Source: Eledone cirrhosa
Taxonomy: Eukaryota
DNA: 64,000 nt
Assembly: GCA_964016885.1 (NCBI GenBank)
Contig: OZ024742.1
Location: 345,092,001-345,156,000 of the forward strand
Direction: 5' to 3'
Positions 1 through 12,525 of this stretch are shown here, piece after piece. The number at the start of each line of letters is the position of its first letter. Position 1 is the first letter of the stretch. The notes beneath the pieces are model-generated. The model was not told where the DNA came from. It did not search any database and saw only the letters and a program-made list of their open reading frames with translations. The translations under genes and the position numbers were made by a program.

Positions 1-70
1 GAGATGCACGTACATCTCTCTCTCTCCTTCCGTGTGTACATATGTGACGAGTATGTGGATATTCCTAACC

Positions 71-152
<82 letters not shown>

Positions 153-170
153 GTATATATATATAGATGA

Positions 171-219
171 GATTCTACATGACTAGAACTGTTTCATTTT
201 TTAGAAATCATCAGGAATC
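171..219 (-). ncRNA. Type I hammerhead ribozyme motif (weak stem II)
   Basis: Minus strand reads GATTC CTGATGA TTTCTAAAAAAT GAAA CAGTTCTAGTCATG TA GAATC, with stem I GATTC/GAATC. A partial relative at 39565-39602 (+) has a paired stem II, TTC-TCAC-GAA. Confidence 0.6.
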
Positions 220-221
220 AG

Positions 222-695
222 TGTGACAATTATTGACACATAGTGCTGGACACATGGTACCATGTGACAACAAGTGCAGAGAGATCACTAGATATAAAGC
301 AATGCCTGTGCCGTGAAGCTTTTATCGCGAGCAAAGGCACTGCACAAAGCCAGTCCCACTCTCTTAACCAAGATGATATTTACCAAAAAGAAGAACAAGT
401 CAACATCATTGGATACCATCAGGGTTGCAGGTGTTATATCAGAGTTTTCCTTCTCCTAGAATTCTGCCTTGACAAAAGCTAAGGGGTCATCTCTCCCGGT
501 GATTTTGGATGGCCATTGAGTCTTAAGAGCTCCTTTGCCCTTTGACAGGTTTTGTTTTTAGTCCTGCAGGATGTCCAAAGTCACCCTCCTCACCAAGAAA
601 CCTTAGTGGGGTTGCCAGTTTAGTCGCCAACGACCCGAACATGGGACGGGTTGTACTGGGATACACGTTACCAGTAGCACCAACTGGTGACCTGA
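222..695 (-). mobile_element. RTE-related non-autonomous retroelement (~610-bp family), copy lacking 3' end
   Basis: Reverse complement of the 5' part of the copy at 30768-31376. Confidence 0.8.
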
Positions 696-737
<42 letters not shown>

Positions 738-746
738 CACATACAT

Positions 747-822
<76 letters not shown>

Positions 823-891
823 CAATATATATATATATACATACCTACATATACATACATACATACATACATACATACATACATACATACA

Positions 892-970
<79 letters not shown>

Positions 971-971
<1 letters not shown>

Positions 972-1618
972 AAAACAAATAACGAAACGAAATTAAATTT
1001 CGTTTCGTTTGTAACTCACTTTTGTATGACTGACGCTTAAACAATTAAGTTAAAAATGTACATCCACATATGTATACTGAAATACTAGTATGCATATGAA
1101 TACACACACGTGTACATATGTAGATGTACCGAGTTTTTCACTGGACACTTTACTGTGAGTGTTCAGCTATTCTGTATGTAAACACACAGACAAACCGGTT
1201 TTTAGAGTCATACTGGTTTTCGAGGAAACACCTTTCCTCTATTCTCCAGAAAGCCAGACAGGAATATTGGACTAGTTTCGATGTTGTTACATCTCATCAG
1301 CAATATTTACCTATCCTCCGGCCTTTCTAGAGAATCGTAAAAGCACATATCGTTATATGCTTTTTCTATGAAAATTAGTAGTGGGCAGACTAATTTGCAT
1401 AGAGCGTGAGTACGTACCGGTTCAGCGGAGACGATAAAAACAAATAACGAAACGAAATTAAATTTCGTTTCGTTTGTAACTCACTTTTGTATGACTGACG
1501 CTTAAACAATTAGGTTAAAAATGTACATCCACATATGTATACTGAAATACTAGTATGCATACGATTCTCTAGAAAGGCCGGAGGATAGGTAAATATTGCT
1601 GATGAGATGTAACAACAT
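971..1618 (-). mobile_element. Non-coding HHR-containing tandem unit (~465-bp period) with terminal inversion, retrozyme-like
   Basis: 971-1095 recurs at 1436-1560; 1561-1618 is the reverse complement of 1281-1338; HHR at 1263-1307. Confidence 0.7.
1263..1307 (-). ncRNA. Type I hammerhead ribozyme
   Basis: Minus strand reads AATATTG CTGATGA GATGT-AACA-ACATC GAAA CTAG TC CAATATT: canonical core, 7-bp stem I, 5-bp stem II, palindromic ACTAGT stem III, GUC triplet. Confidence 0.9.
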
Positions 1619-1637
1619 TTTAATACTACAACAATTT

Positions 1638-2170
1638 TAATACTACTACACCAAATGACCAGCCCTGTCCACTGTCCAATTGGTCAAGTAGAGACTAAAA
1701 TTGGCACTCCCAAAAATTCTTATTTAGACAAAATGAACCATTTACTCATGGTATTCTCATTAGAAACCCATTATATACTTGTTTAGCAGTAAATTGATTT
1801 ACCATCTGTCATATACTATCCCCTCTTTTTCTTCCTCTATTACTAATATAAATACTTCAATTTTTCTGATTTTATCCAATTTATCCAAAATCTCTGAAGA
1901 AGTGACAACTGATTATACATTTGCTATCGAATACTTGCTAACATTATATGATTACGCAAGCAGCGATACATAGGTATTCCGTCTGTTACAGAAACATATG
2001 TCAATACCTAATAAGTTCCTTTTTAAAAAAAGCACTTTCATTTTATATTCATCCTTTCTACATTTTCTCCGGAATATAATTTATACTCGTTGAGCAAACC
2101 TGCACGTACGCTGTTCATCTCTAACGTAACGATATATTATCACTACATTATTGATAACCTGAAATTTTAT
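1638..2170 (+). repeat. PLE pseudo-LTR, upstream copy
   Basis: Near-identical to 4779-5311 (offset 3141). Confidence 0.92.
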
Positions 2171-2216
2171 TAATCTCCTATACAGTTGAACAACTAATTC
2201 AGCATACGCCTCTAAA

Positions 2217-4548
2217 ATGGAAAGGCACAAATTGGATATGTCGTTAAAAAACATACCTATTCAGGCAAAAAGGGAATATATTCTAGGTATGATACGAAGG
2301 ACCAATGATTTTATTCGACGAATCAGATGGAAGACATTCCATTTTGATAAAAGCCGTATAAACCAAACATCGGATCTTAACAAGGATAAATTTGGATTTA
2401 AATCTTACAAGAACCCACCCTCAAACCCACTTTTGGATGCTTTTGAACAAGACCTAATGGATATGATCATGGAGATCAAATTTACAAAACGGAAGAACAA
2501 TAAACTACAGAATGACATCACGGCACTGCTCAATAATCTAAAAAACGCCAATGGAATTATTGTTAGAGCAGACAAAACATCAAACGTATATACCATGGAT
2601 GTGGACACTTACAATAACTTCATCCTTAAGGAATTGCATAAAAAATACAGGAAAACTAATGAAGCTACACTTAAAAACATCAACAACTCGGCATGTGAAA
2701 TTGTTAAAAAACTTTGTATTGACGATAGAACGCAACCCTTAACACCAGCTATACCATCCTTCAACCTGAAGGACCACAAGGTAAACTTCGATACTAACCC
2801 TAATATTAGACTTATATGCCCCTCTAAATCTGATATAGGCAAAATTAGCAAATATATACTAGACAGAATTATCCCCCAAGTTAAGGTTAAAGTAGAAATT
2901 AAACTATGGGGTAACACTCATGAAGCAATAAGATGGTTTAATAACATTACTGATAAGAAAAAAATCAAAATTTATTCAGTTTGATATTGATGAATATTAT
3001 TCCTCAATTTCACCTGATACTCTACATGAAGCTCTTTCGTTCGCTAAGGATAATTCCGACCTTACGGATGCTGAAATTAAAATTATTATGGAAGCGAGGA
3101 AAACTATAGTTAAATTCGATGATAGCTACTGGGTTCGCAAAGATAGACCTTCTAATTTTGATATCACTATGGGTTCTAATGATTCGGCGGAAGTAACAGA
3201 TCTTGTGGGAATTTATATCACCCACAGATTACAAGGAAAATTCAAGGATCTCCACGGTGGAATCTACCGTGACGATGCGCTCCTATTAGTTAAGCATATG
3301 AATAACCAGAATTTAGAAAGGATGCGTAAAAATATCAGAAAGCTTTTTAAGGAACTAGGATTAAATATTACATTTGAATATAACCTCAAAGAGGTCAATT
3401 TCCTTGATGTTACTTTGAATCTCAATACAGATACGATTAAACCGTTCCATAAACTAAATGAGAACCTTAAATATGTAAATATGAGTTCTAACCATCCACT
3501 CTCTATAATTAAATCCATCCCTAGAAATATTTCTCTTAGAATCTCCCGCCTGTCGTCCAACCAACAAACCTTCAAAGAACATGCCGAATATTATGATGAT
3601 GCACTTAGGAAAGCCGGTCACCTAGATAATATAGAGTATATAGTCGAAGATCACCAAAACACCCAAAATAAATCCCATAGGAGTAGAAACAGCACAGAAT
3701 CACCACCATACATACACTACCGCAATAGACACAATAATAGTCGCACACCACCAAACAGAAGGCGATGTAAGGAGTATATTTGGTACAACCCGGTCTATAA
3801 CAACTCTATTAAAACCAATCTACCCTCAAAATTCTTTCGATTAGTTAAAAAACACTTTCCAACATCACATAAATATAATAAAATCTTAAACCCTAACACT
3901 ATTCGACTTTCATATTCAAACGCCCCTAATATTGAACAACATATAAAAAAGCTTAACGCAAAACGGTTGTATAAACGCCTTCCAACACATAACAATACAC
4001 GTAAAACATTAGCTATAACATCACAAAACAACAAACAACATCCTGTCCTACATAAGCAACCTCATCAACCCATCCATGACAATACAACAACGCAAAACTA
4101 TAATTGCAACTGTGTCCAACCAGGAATGTGTCCGTTGAACAATCAGTGTCTTGAACGCAACATCGTGTACCAATGTACTATCGAATCGGATAGACAGAAG
4201 TGGTACTATGTGGGATCTACAGCCACCTCCTTCAAATCACGCCTTTATAGACATCGTTACTCGATAAAACATGAAAACCAGCGTTATGTAACAACACTCG
4301 CAGACAAGGCTTGGCAGCTGCGTGAAAATAACCAACAATTTCACCTAAAATGGGATATAATAGCGGCTGCCCCCCCCCCCCCCCCCCCATATTCCCATGG
4401 ACAGGAATTTTGTAAATTATGTAATGTAGAATTATTTTGTATTATGAAATCCAAAAACATTTTATTAAATAACAGAATAGAGCGATCGTTATACTGTAAC
4501 CATCGCTTAAAATCTACATTTTCATATTATAAATACTACCAGGATTGA
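2217..4548 (+). pseudogene. PLE reverse transcriptase/GIY-YIG endonuclease, one frameshift near 2960
   Basis: Motifs ADKTSN, FIQFDIDEYYSSI (shifted frame), ITMGS, GIYRDD, NFLDV, IWYNP, CNC-x5-CPLNNQC, NIVY...YYVGST..FKSR and CKLC. The frameshift lies in an A-run. Confidence 0.92.
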
Positions 4549-4778
4549 ACGCCTGTCTCTATCTCCGTTTGATTGTCAAAATAGATATTAACATTCTTTA
4601 TTAGTCTTAATTCTATCAACTCTTCTATTATTTACCTTTTAATATAAACTGCTATAGATAAAATGAGATTTCTGATTTCTTGATTCAATTCCCTAATGCA
4701 TATACCAGCTGGCTACTAGCATTGATGTTATTCAGTAGCAATGGAAATCTCCCCCTTCCCCAATTGACACTTTATAAT

Positions 4779-5303
4779 TAATACTACTACACCAAATGAC
4801 CAGCCCTGTCCACTGTCCAATTGGTCAAGTAGAGATTAAAATTGGCATTCCCAAAAATTCTTATTTAGACAAAATGAACCATTTACTCATGGTATTCTCA
4901 TTAGAAACCCATTATATACTTGTTTAGCAGTAAATTGATTTACCATCTGTCATATACTATCCCCTCTTTTTCTTCCTCTATTACTAATATAAATACTTCA
5001 ATTTTTCTGATTTTATCCAATTTATCCAAAATCTCTGAAGAAGTGACAACTGATTATACATTTGCTATCGAATACTTGCTAACATTATATGATTACGCAA
5101 GCAGCGATACATAGATATTCCGTCTGTTACAGAAACATATGTCAATACCTAATAAGTTCCTTTTTAAAAAAAGCACTTTCATTTTATATTCATCCTTTCT
5201 ACATTTTCTCCGGAATATAATTTATACTCGTTGAGCAAACCTGCACGTACGCTGTTCATCTCTAACGTAACGATATATTATCACTACATTATTGATAACC
5301 TGA

Positions 5304-5311
<8 letters not shown>
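4779..5311 (+). repeat. PLE pseudo-LTR, downstream copy
   Basis: Near-identical to 1638-2170. Confidence 0.92.
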
Positions 5312-5369
<58 letters not shown>

Positions 5370-5371
<2 letters not shown>

Positions 5372-5606
5372 CGTTTCTGAATTTGTTTAGCAAGATTCTT
5401 TATCTGAAAACGTGTGTTGAAACCGATATTGTTATACTTTGGGAGGGTCATATTGCCAATAAGAAACACACGCACCAGTTGCATTCACTTCAATTTATTA
5501 TAATAAATTTATAAATTTAGGAATTTATATATTTATTATAATAAATTGAAGTGAAAGCATTTGTTGCGTGTGTTTCTTATTGGCAACATGACCCCCACCA
5601 AAGTAT

Positions 5607-5612
<6 letters not shown>
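5370..5612. repeat. Short dispersed element with fold-back arms in (TA)n
   Basis: About 5428-5508 is inverted at about 5531-5612; a second copy without the inversion lies at about 42303-42445. Confidence 0.7.
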
Positions 5613-5689
<77 letters not shown>

Positions 5690-5742
5690 CAATATATATA
5701 TATATACATACAATATATATATATATATATACATACATACAT

Positions 5743-5802
<60 letters not shown>

Positions 5803-6026
5803 CACATACATACAATATATATATATATACATACATACAATAAATATATATATACATACATACAATATATATAAATACATACATATATATACATACATAC
5901 AATATATATTTATATATACATATATATGTATATATATATATACATACATACAATATATATATATATATACATACAATATATATATATTTATACATACATA
6001 TATATACATACATACATACATATATT

Positions 6027-6600
6027 CCAGTACAACATGTCTCATGATCGGGTCGTTGGCGACTAAACTGGCAACCCCACCAAGGTTTCTTGGTGAGGAG
6101 GATGACTTTGGACAGCCTGCAGGACTAAAAACAAAAACCTGTCAAAGGGCAAAGGCGCTCTTAAGAGTCAATGGCCATCCAGAATCACCGGGAAAGATGA
6201 CCCCTTAGAGTTTTTCAAGGCAGAATTCTAGGAGAAGGAAAACTCTGATATAACACCTGCAACCCTGATGGTATCCAATGATGTTGACTTGTTCTTCTTT
6301 TTGGTAAATATCATCTTGGTTAAGAGAGTGGGACTGGCTTTGTGCAGTGCCTTTGCTCACTATAAAAGCTTCACGGCACAGGCATTGCTTTATATCTGGA
6401 GATCTCTCTGCACTTGTCATCACATGGTACCATGGGCCCAGCACTATGTGTCAATAATTGTCACAAGTGTAGTGTTTGTACCAGAGTTTTCAAGTCGCTG
6501 GCTGGACTAAAAAGTCACACTCGTTCAACGCATGGGTAGGGGTTCTCTTACATGGGTATAGAGTAGTGGCCGTACTCGAAAACGAGTTCGCAGCCACCAT
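6027..6600 (+). mobile_element. RTE-related non-autonomous retroelement, slightly 5'-truncated
   Basis: Matches 30768-31376 and ends in the stem-loop GTGGCCGTACTCGAAAACGAG..GCAGCCACCAT. Confidence 0.85.
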
Positions 6601-6699
6601 ATTGTATGTATGTATATATATATATATATATTGTATGTATGTATATATATATTGTATGTATGTATATATATATATTGTATGAATGTATATATATATATA

Positions 6700-7405
6700 T
6701 ATTGTATGTATGTATATATATATATATATATGTTGAATGTATGTGTGTATATATATGTTGTATATATGTATGTATATATATGGTGTATGTATATATGTAT
6801 ATGTCTATATATATATATAGTTAAAAGAATAGAGGTGTAACACACAAGTTATTATATATTGGTAAACAGAATAGAAAATGCTGACAAATTGTTCACAGTT
6901 GAAAAATGGTTTAATTAGGAATAAAAGAGTATTAGTGATTGTATGGGTTAGTATTCGGTTGTGGTTTTAAGTTTTTAAGTTTTTACCGGTTGCGCATTTC
7001 TAAATGCTTTTCAAAAATAATTTTGAGATAGAGTGTCCGTGCTGTTTGCTCTGATCTGAGCAAACAGCACGGACACTCTATCTCAAAATTATTTTTGAAA
7101 AGCATTTAGAAATGCGCAACCGGTAAAAACTTAAAAACTTAAAACCACAACTGAATACTAACCCATACAATCACTAATACTCTTTTATTCCTAATTAAAC
7201 CATTTTTCAACTGTGAACAATTTGTCAGCATTTTCTATTCCGTTTACCAATATATAATAACTTGTGTGTTACACCTCTATTCTTTTAACTATATATATAT
7301 AGACATATACATATATACATACACCATATATATACATACATATATACAACATATATATACACACATACATTCAACATATATATATATATATATACATACA
7401 TACAA
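6700..7405. repeat. Long near-perfect palindrome (centre about 7054)
   Basis: GTGTCCGTGCTGTTTGCTC-TGATCT-GAGCAAACAGCACGGACAC at the centre; arms of about 350 bp include flanking imperfect microsatellite. Confidence 0.9.
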
Positions 7406-7701
7406 TATATATATATATATATTGTATGTATGTATATATATATATATATTGTATGTGTGTATATATATGTATGTATATGTATATATATATTGTATGTATG
7501 TATATATATATATGTATATATATATATATTGTATGTATGTATATATATATATGTATATATGTATATATATATATATTATGTATATATATATATATATTGT
7601 ATGTAAGTATATATATATATGTATAAATATATATTGTATGTATGTATATGTATATATATATGTATATATATATATATTGTATGTATGTATATATGTATAT
7701 A

Positions 7702-7732
<31 letters not shown>

Positions 7733-7751
7733 TAGGTATATATATATAAAT

Positions 7752-7826
<75 letters not shown>

Positions 7827-7896
7827 ATATGTATGTATGTATATGTATATGTGTATATATATTGTATGTATGTATATACATACATATATATATATA

Positions 7897-8093
7897 ACGA
7901 AGGAGATGTGGTAAGGAACCAGATGGACCATAACGCACCAAAGTACTCAATACTTAGGGTAGTAGAGTGGGTAATAGGAATGAGTAGGATCCCGACGGCT
8001 GAGCTCAAGCCGTTTCGACGGCTAATTCTAATTCGTCCAGAATTAGCCGTTGAAACGGCTTGAGCTCAGCCATCGTGTCCCACTCATTCCTAT
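7897..8093. mobile_element. Short fold-back element carrying the 3' half of an HHR
   Basis: Inverted arms about 7975-8030 and 8040-8093; GAAA CGGC..GCCG TC stem III; relatives at 30100-30285 and 39452-39500. Confidence 0.65.
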
Positions 8094-8117
8094 ATATATA
8101 TATATATATATATAATG

Positions 8118-8188
<71 letters not shown>

Positions 8189-8327
8189 TGTATGTATATA
8201 TATATATATATATTGTATGTATGTATGTATATATATATATATATTGTATGTATATATATATATTGTATATATGTATATATATATATATATTGTATGTATA
8301 TATATATATTGTATGTATGTATGTATC

Positions 8328-8359
<32 letters not shown>

Positions 8360-8628
8360 TGTATGTATGTATGTATGTATGTATATGTATGTATACATGT
8401 ATGTATGTATATATGTATGTATGTATATATATATGCATGTATGTAAATATGTGTGAATGTATATATGTATGCATGTATGTATGTATATATGTATATATGT
8501 ATATATATATATGTATGTAAGTATGTATATATGTATGTATGTATCTATATATATATGTATGTATGTATATATATATGTATGTATCTATGTATATGTATAT
8601 GTATGTATGTACATATATATATATGTAT

Positions 8629-8827
8629 GTTTTCTCTTTCTCTTAATTTCGAGTATATTTTTTTGACCGGCCACCTTCCTGGTGGCAAGGTTGTAAAAGA
8701 AAAGAAATTGTCATCCCTTGAATCGCAAGAATGTTTTGCAAATTTTGAAGGTGCCAGCTATCGCAGCCATTTGTAGACTATGAATTAGGGAGCTGCGCTT
8801 TTTGTCCGCAAATTCAAGTTCAGTCAT
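8629..8827 (-). mobile_element. 3' fragment of R4-like LINE family B
   Basis: Reverse complement of about 24848-25045; embedded in (TATG)n. Confidence 0.85.
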
Positions 8828-9243
8828 TATGTATGTATATATATATGTATGTATGTATATATGCATGTATGTATATATAGATATATATGTATATCTGTAT
8901 GTATGTATATATATATATATTGTTTATATGTATATATTTATATATGCATATATGTATATATGTATATATATATATTGTATGTATGTATATATATATATAT
9001 TGTATTGATGTATATATATATATTGTATGTATGTATATATATATATATTGTATGTATGTATATATATATATTGAATGTATGTATATATATATATATATAT
9101 ATATATTGTATGTATGTATGTATATATATATATTGTATGTATGTATATATATATATATTGTATGTATATATATATATGGTATATATGTATATATATATAT
9201 AATGTGTATATATATATATATATATATACATACTGTATGTATG

Positions 9244-9274
<31 letters not shown>

Positions 9275-9311
9275 TATGTATATATATATATGTATATATA
9301 AATATAAATTG

Positions 9312-9363
<52 letters not shown>

Positions 9364-9453
9364 ATGTATGTATATATATATATATATATATATTGTATGT
9401 GTATATATATATATATATACTGTATGTATATATATATATATAAATTGTATGTA

Positions 9454-9497
<44 letters not shown>

Positions 9498-9555
9498 CAT
9501 ACAATTTATATATATCTATATAAATATATATACATACATATAATATATATATATA

Positions 9556-10830
9556 CAGGGTGTGGCTTTATTCCTGTTACAAAGTTTTAAAGTAATTTAA
9601 AAATACATTATGTTGCTAATATAACTAATATATTTGTATCAAATCCATGCACTATAACCATATTAACTATTTTTCAGAACATTACTCCATTAACAATTTG
9701 CAAAGTCCATAGAATTGAAAAGAAAGTTCATAATAGAGAAGCATGAAAAAGGCCTGACTCCACCCAAGATATTTAAACTGGGGGAAATTCTTAAGATCAA
9801 TAGAATGTTGATCAAAAGGACAATCTATCGATTTAAGGAAACTTCCTCGATCAAAGGCAGACCTCGATCCGGATGTCTTCGCACCTCAAGAACACCAAAA
9901 CTCATTAAAAGTGTGAGGGAAAAAATAAGGCGTAATCCAAGAATGTCCATGAGAAAAATGGCAGAAGAAGCAGAAACATCGCCGAGAACTATGCGGAGGA
10001 TATGTTGAGATGATCTGGGGATGTCACCCTATAAGTTCCAAAAGAGGGAGCTTCTTTCTGCAGCCAAAATTGAAAAGAGGCTCTCCAGAAGTAAACTGTT
10101 ATTGAACTGTATCAAGGATGGCACGCTGCAAAACATCTTATTTACAGATGAGAAGTTATTCACTGTGCAGCAGTCTCACAATCATCAAAGTGATCGAGTA
10201 CTTGCAAAAAGTCTCAAATCAATTCCTTCAAGTGTAGGAAAAGTGTTCAGAACACAGAAACCAGCATCAGTGATGATTTGGGCAGCCATTTCTGAAAGAG
10301 CTAAGTCTCCTCTGATGTTTGTGCCTCAAGGAGTTAAAATTAACAAAGCACTTTGCATAAAGGATATTTTGGAAGGAGCACTGATGCCATGGTGCATATC
10401 TGTTTATGGCGATGACATTTGGACTCTCCAACAAGATGGAGCGACGAGCCACACTGCTTGCATAACACAACAGTGGTGTAGAGACCATTGTTCTGCATGG
10501 ATCAGTAAGGAAGAGTGGCCTCCCACATCACCAGATCCCAACCCTCTCGATTTTTCGTTATGGCCAATTCTTGAGAGTGAAACCTGCTCTACTCCTAGCC
10601 AAAATATTGAAACTCTAAAATCAAAACTGAATAAAGTATGGGAGAAAATACCCATGGAAACTGTTCGTGCAGTCAGCGAAGACTTTCCTAGAAGACTTCC
10701 AGCGGTGGTGAGAGTTAGAGGAAAGCATTTCGAATAAATTGTTGTGCAGTTGTTTAATAGTATATTACTTACTATTTGTTGAAGTCAGATCTTGAAATAA
10801 ATGTTTTTTTCAAGAACTATTTGCATTTTA
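9556..10830 (+). mobile_element. Tc1/mariner DD37D (maT) DNA transposon, right TIR missing
   Basis: TA|CAGGGTGTGG left end followed by the transposase; no matching right TIR was seen. Confidence 0.85.
9715..10737 (+). pseudogene. DD37D transposase with one in-frame stop (10006-10008)
   Basis: HTH/GRPR-like N-terminus, FTDEK, QQDGA and WPPTSPDPNPLD; 37 residues between the second and third Asp; both ORFs are in the same frame. Confidence 0.92.
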
Positions 10831-10859
10831 TTTTTTAACAGTTTTTATTATTTCTATGT

Positions 10860-11756
10860 AATCGAGTTATAGGTATTAATATATGTCAGATATTTGAGGT
10901 ACTGTTTTGTAATATTTTGTAATATTTCGTAATATTTTATGAATGTAAACTGCATATACCTCTATATATATTTATTGTCAATACTTTATGTATTTATATA
11001 TATGTTTTTTCAACATAACTTTAGTTTTATATGATATTTTTTCTTACCCTTGAAAAACTTTATGTACAATTTGTTGACATCAAATGATATGTATGATGTA
11101 GTTTTGTATGTTTTTTGATGTCAGTATATTATTCTATTGGTTTTTTTTGTATAGTTTATGCACACCGTCAGGGTGATTTTTATATTATAAAGAGTATATT
11201 TATATTTAAATACTTAATAAGTGTTAGTATGTGTTTGTGTAAATGTGTATATATATGGATATATATATATATATACATGTATTAAGCTTTTTATTTATTA
11301 TTATCCATTATATTGTATTCTATATCATATTGTAATTCTCACATTATATTACCATGTTGTATTTAATGTATTTGTCTTATACTGTACTTTCAACGTAGGT
11401 TTGACATATTACTCGCTGTCTTGCCCTATAGTCTATATTTGCAACTGCACACTTTTAGCTTTAGCATGCTTTTCCTTGATATTTTTCCTAAGCTTTAATG
11501 GATATGAATTCCCTATTCTTCTGAGTTTTGGATGTTCTGGCCGTTAATGCTTCTTGTCTATTTACTTGCCCTGATGAGTCCTTATTAACGGGACGAAACA
11601 TTGTAGGCTAATAAAGACTTTTGATGTATTGAAGGCTTCTTTGTTTATCTTTTATAATTTTTCGGCTCTGTTGTATTACATTGAGCTATATCCTATACTG
11701 TCATTTCTATAATACGACGAGTGAGTTTTACTCCAACGCACTCTAGTATTTTAATT

Positions 11757-11758
<2 letters not shown>
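10860..11758 (+). mobile_element. Probable PLE 3' UTR/pseudo-LTR fragment
   Basis: T-rich non-coding sequence with an HHR at 11568, then AATAAA, ending at (TA)n; it replaces the mariner right end. Confidence 0.55.
11568..11608 (+). ncRNA. Minimal type I hammerhead ribozyme
   Basis: GCC CTGATGA GTCC-TTATTAACG-GGAC GAAA CATTG TA GGC: canonical core with GUA triplet. Confidence 0.88.
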
Positions 11759-11828
<70 letters not shown>

Positions 11829-11947
11829 ATGTATGTATATATATGTATGTATGTATATATGTATATTGTATGTATGTATATATATGTATGTATGTGTATG
11901 TATGTATGTATGTATGTATGTATGTATGTATGTATGTATGTATGTAT

Positions 11948-12525
11948 GTATCCCAGTACAACCTGTCCCATGGTCGGGTCGTTGGCGACTAAACTGGCAA
12001 CCCCACCAAGGTTTCTTGGTGAGGAGGGTGACTTTGGACATCCTGCAGGACTAAAAACAAAACCTGTCAAAGGGCAAAGGAGCTCTTAAGAGTCAATGGC
12101 CATCCAAAATCACCGGGAGAGATGACCCCTTAGCCTTTGTCAAGGCAGAATTCTAGGAGAAGGAAAACTCTGATATAACACCTGCAACCCTGATGGTATC
12201 CAATGATGTTGACTTGTTCTTCTTTTTGGTAAATATCATCTTGGTTAAGAGAGTGGGACTGGCTTTGTGCAGTGCCTTTGCTCACTATAAAAGCTTCACG
12301 GCACAGGCATTGCTTTATATCTGGAGATCTCTCTGCACTTGTCGTCACATGGTACCATGGGCCCAGCACTATGTGTCAGTAATTGTCACAAGTGTAGTGT
12401 TTGTACCAGAGTTTTCAAGTCGCTGGCTGGACTAAAAAGTCACACTCGTTCAGCGCATCGGTAGGGGTTCTCCTACATGGATATAAAGTAGTGGCCGTAC
12501 TCGAAAACGAGTTGGCAGCCACCAT
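11948..12525 (+). mobile_element. RTE-related non-autonomous retroelement
   Basis: Matches 30768-31376; (TATG)n on both sides. Confidence 0.85.

Larger units (their letters stand above)
1638..5311 (+). mobile_element. Penelope-like element (RT + GIY-YIG) with direct pseudo-LTRs
   Basis: Direct repeats 1638-2170 and 4779-5311 (about 3 mismatches seen) flank a split RT/GIY-YIG ORF; the element ends in (TA)n. Confidence 0.93.

Noticed and set aside
243-482. Recurrent 79-aa ORF (also at 6205, 12130, 30981)
   Set aside because: Antisense frame of a young non-coding repeat; non-ATG start and no protein motif.
1779-1973. Identical 64-aa ORFs at 1779 and 4920
   Set aside because: By-product of the duplicated pseudo-LTR.
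1638-5311. LTR retrotransposon interpretation; selenoprotein (in-frame UGA) PLE
   Set aside because: No TG..CA ends, PBS, gag or integrase, and the protein is RT plus GIY-YIG. No in-frame TGA was seen at the conserved Cys positions.
4-9543. Many long YI/YVCM/HTYI-rich ORFs here and throughout the window
   Set aside because: Stop-free translations of (TA)n, (TATG)n and (GT)n microsatellites.
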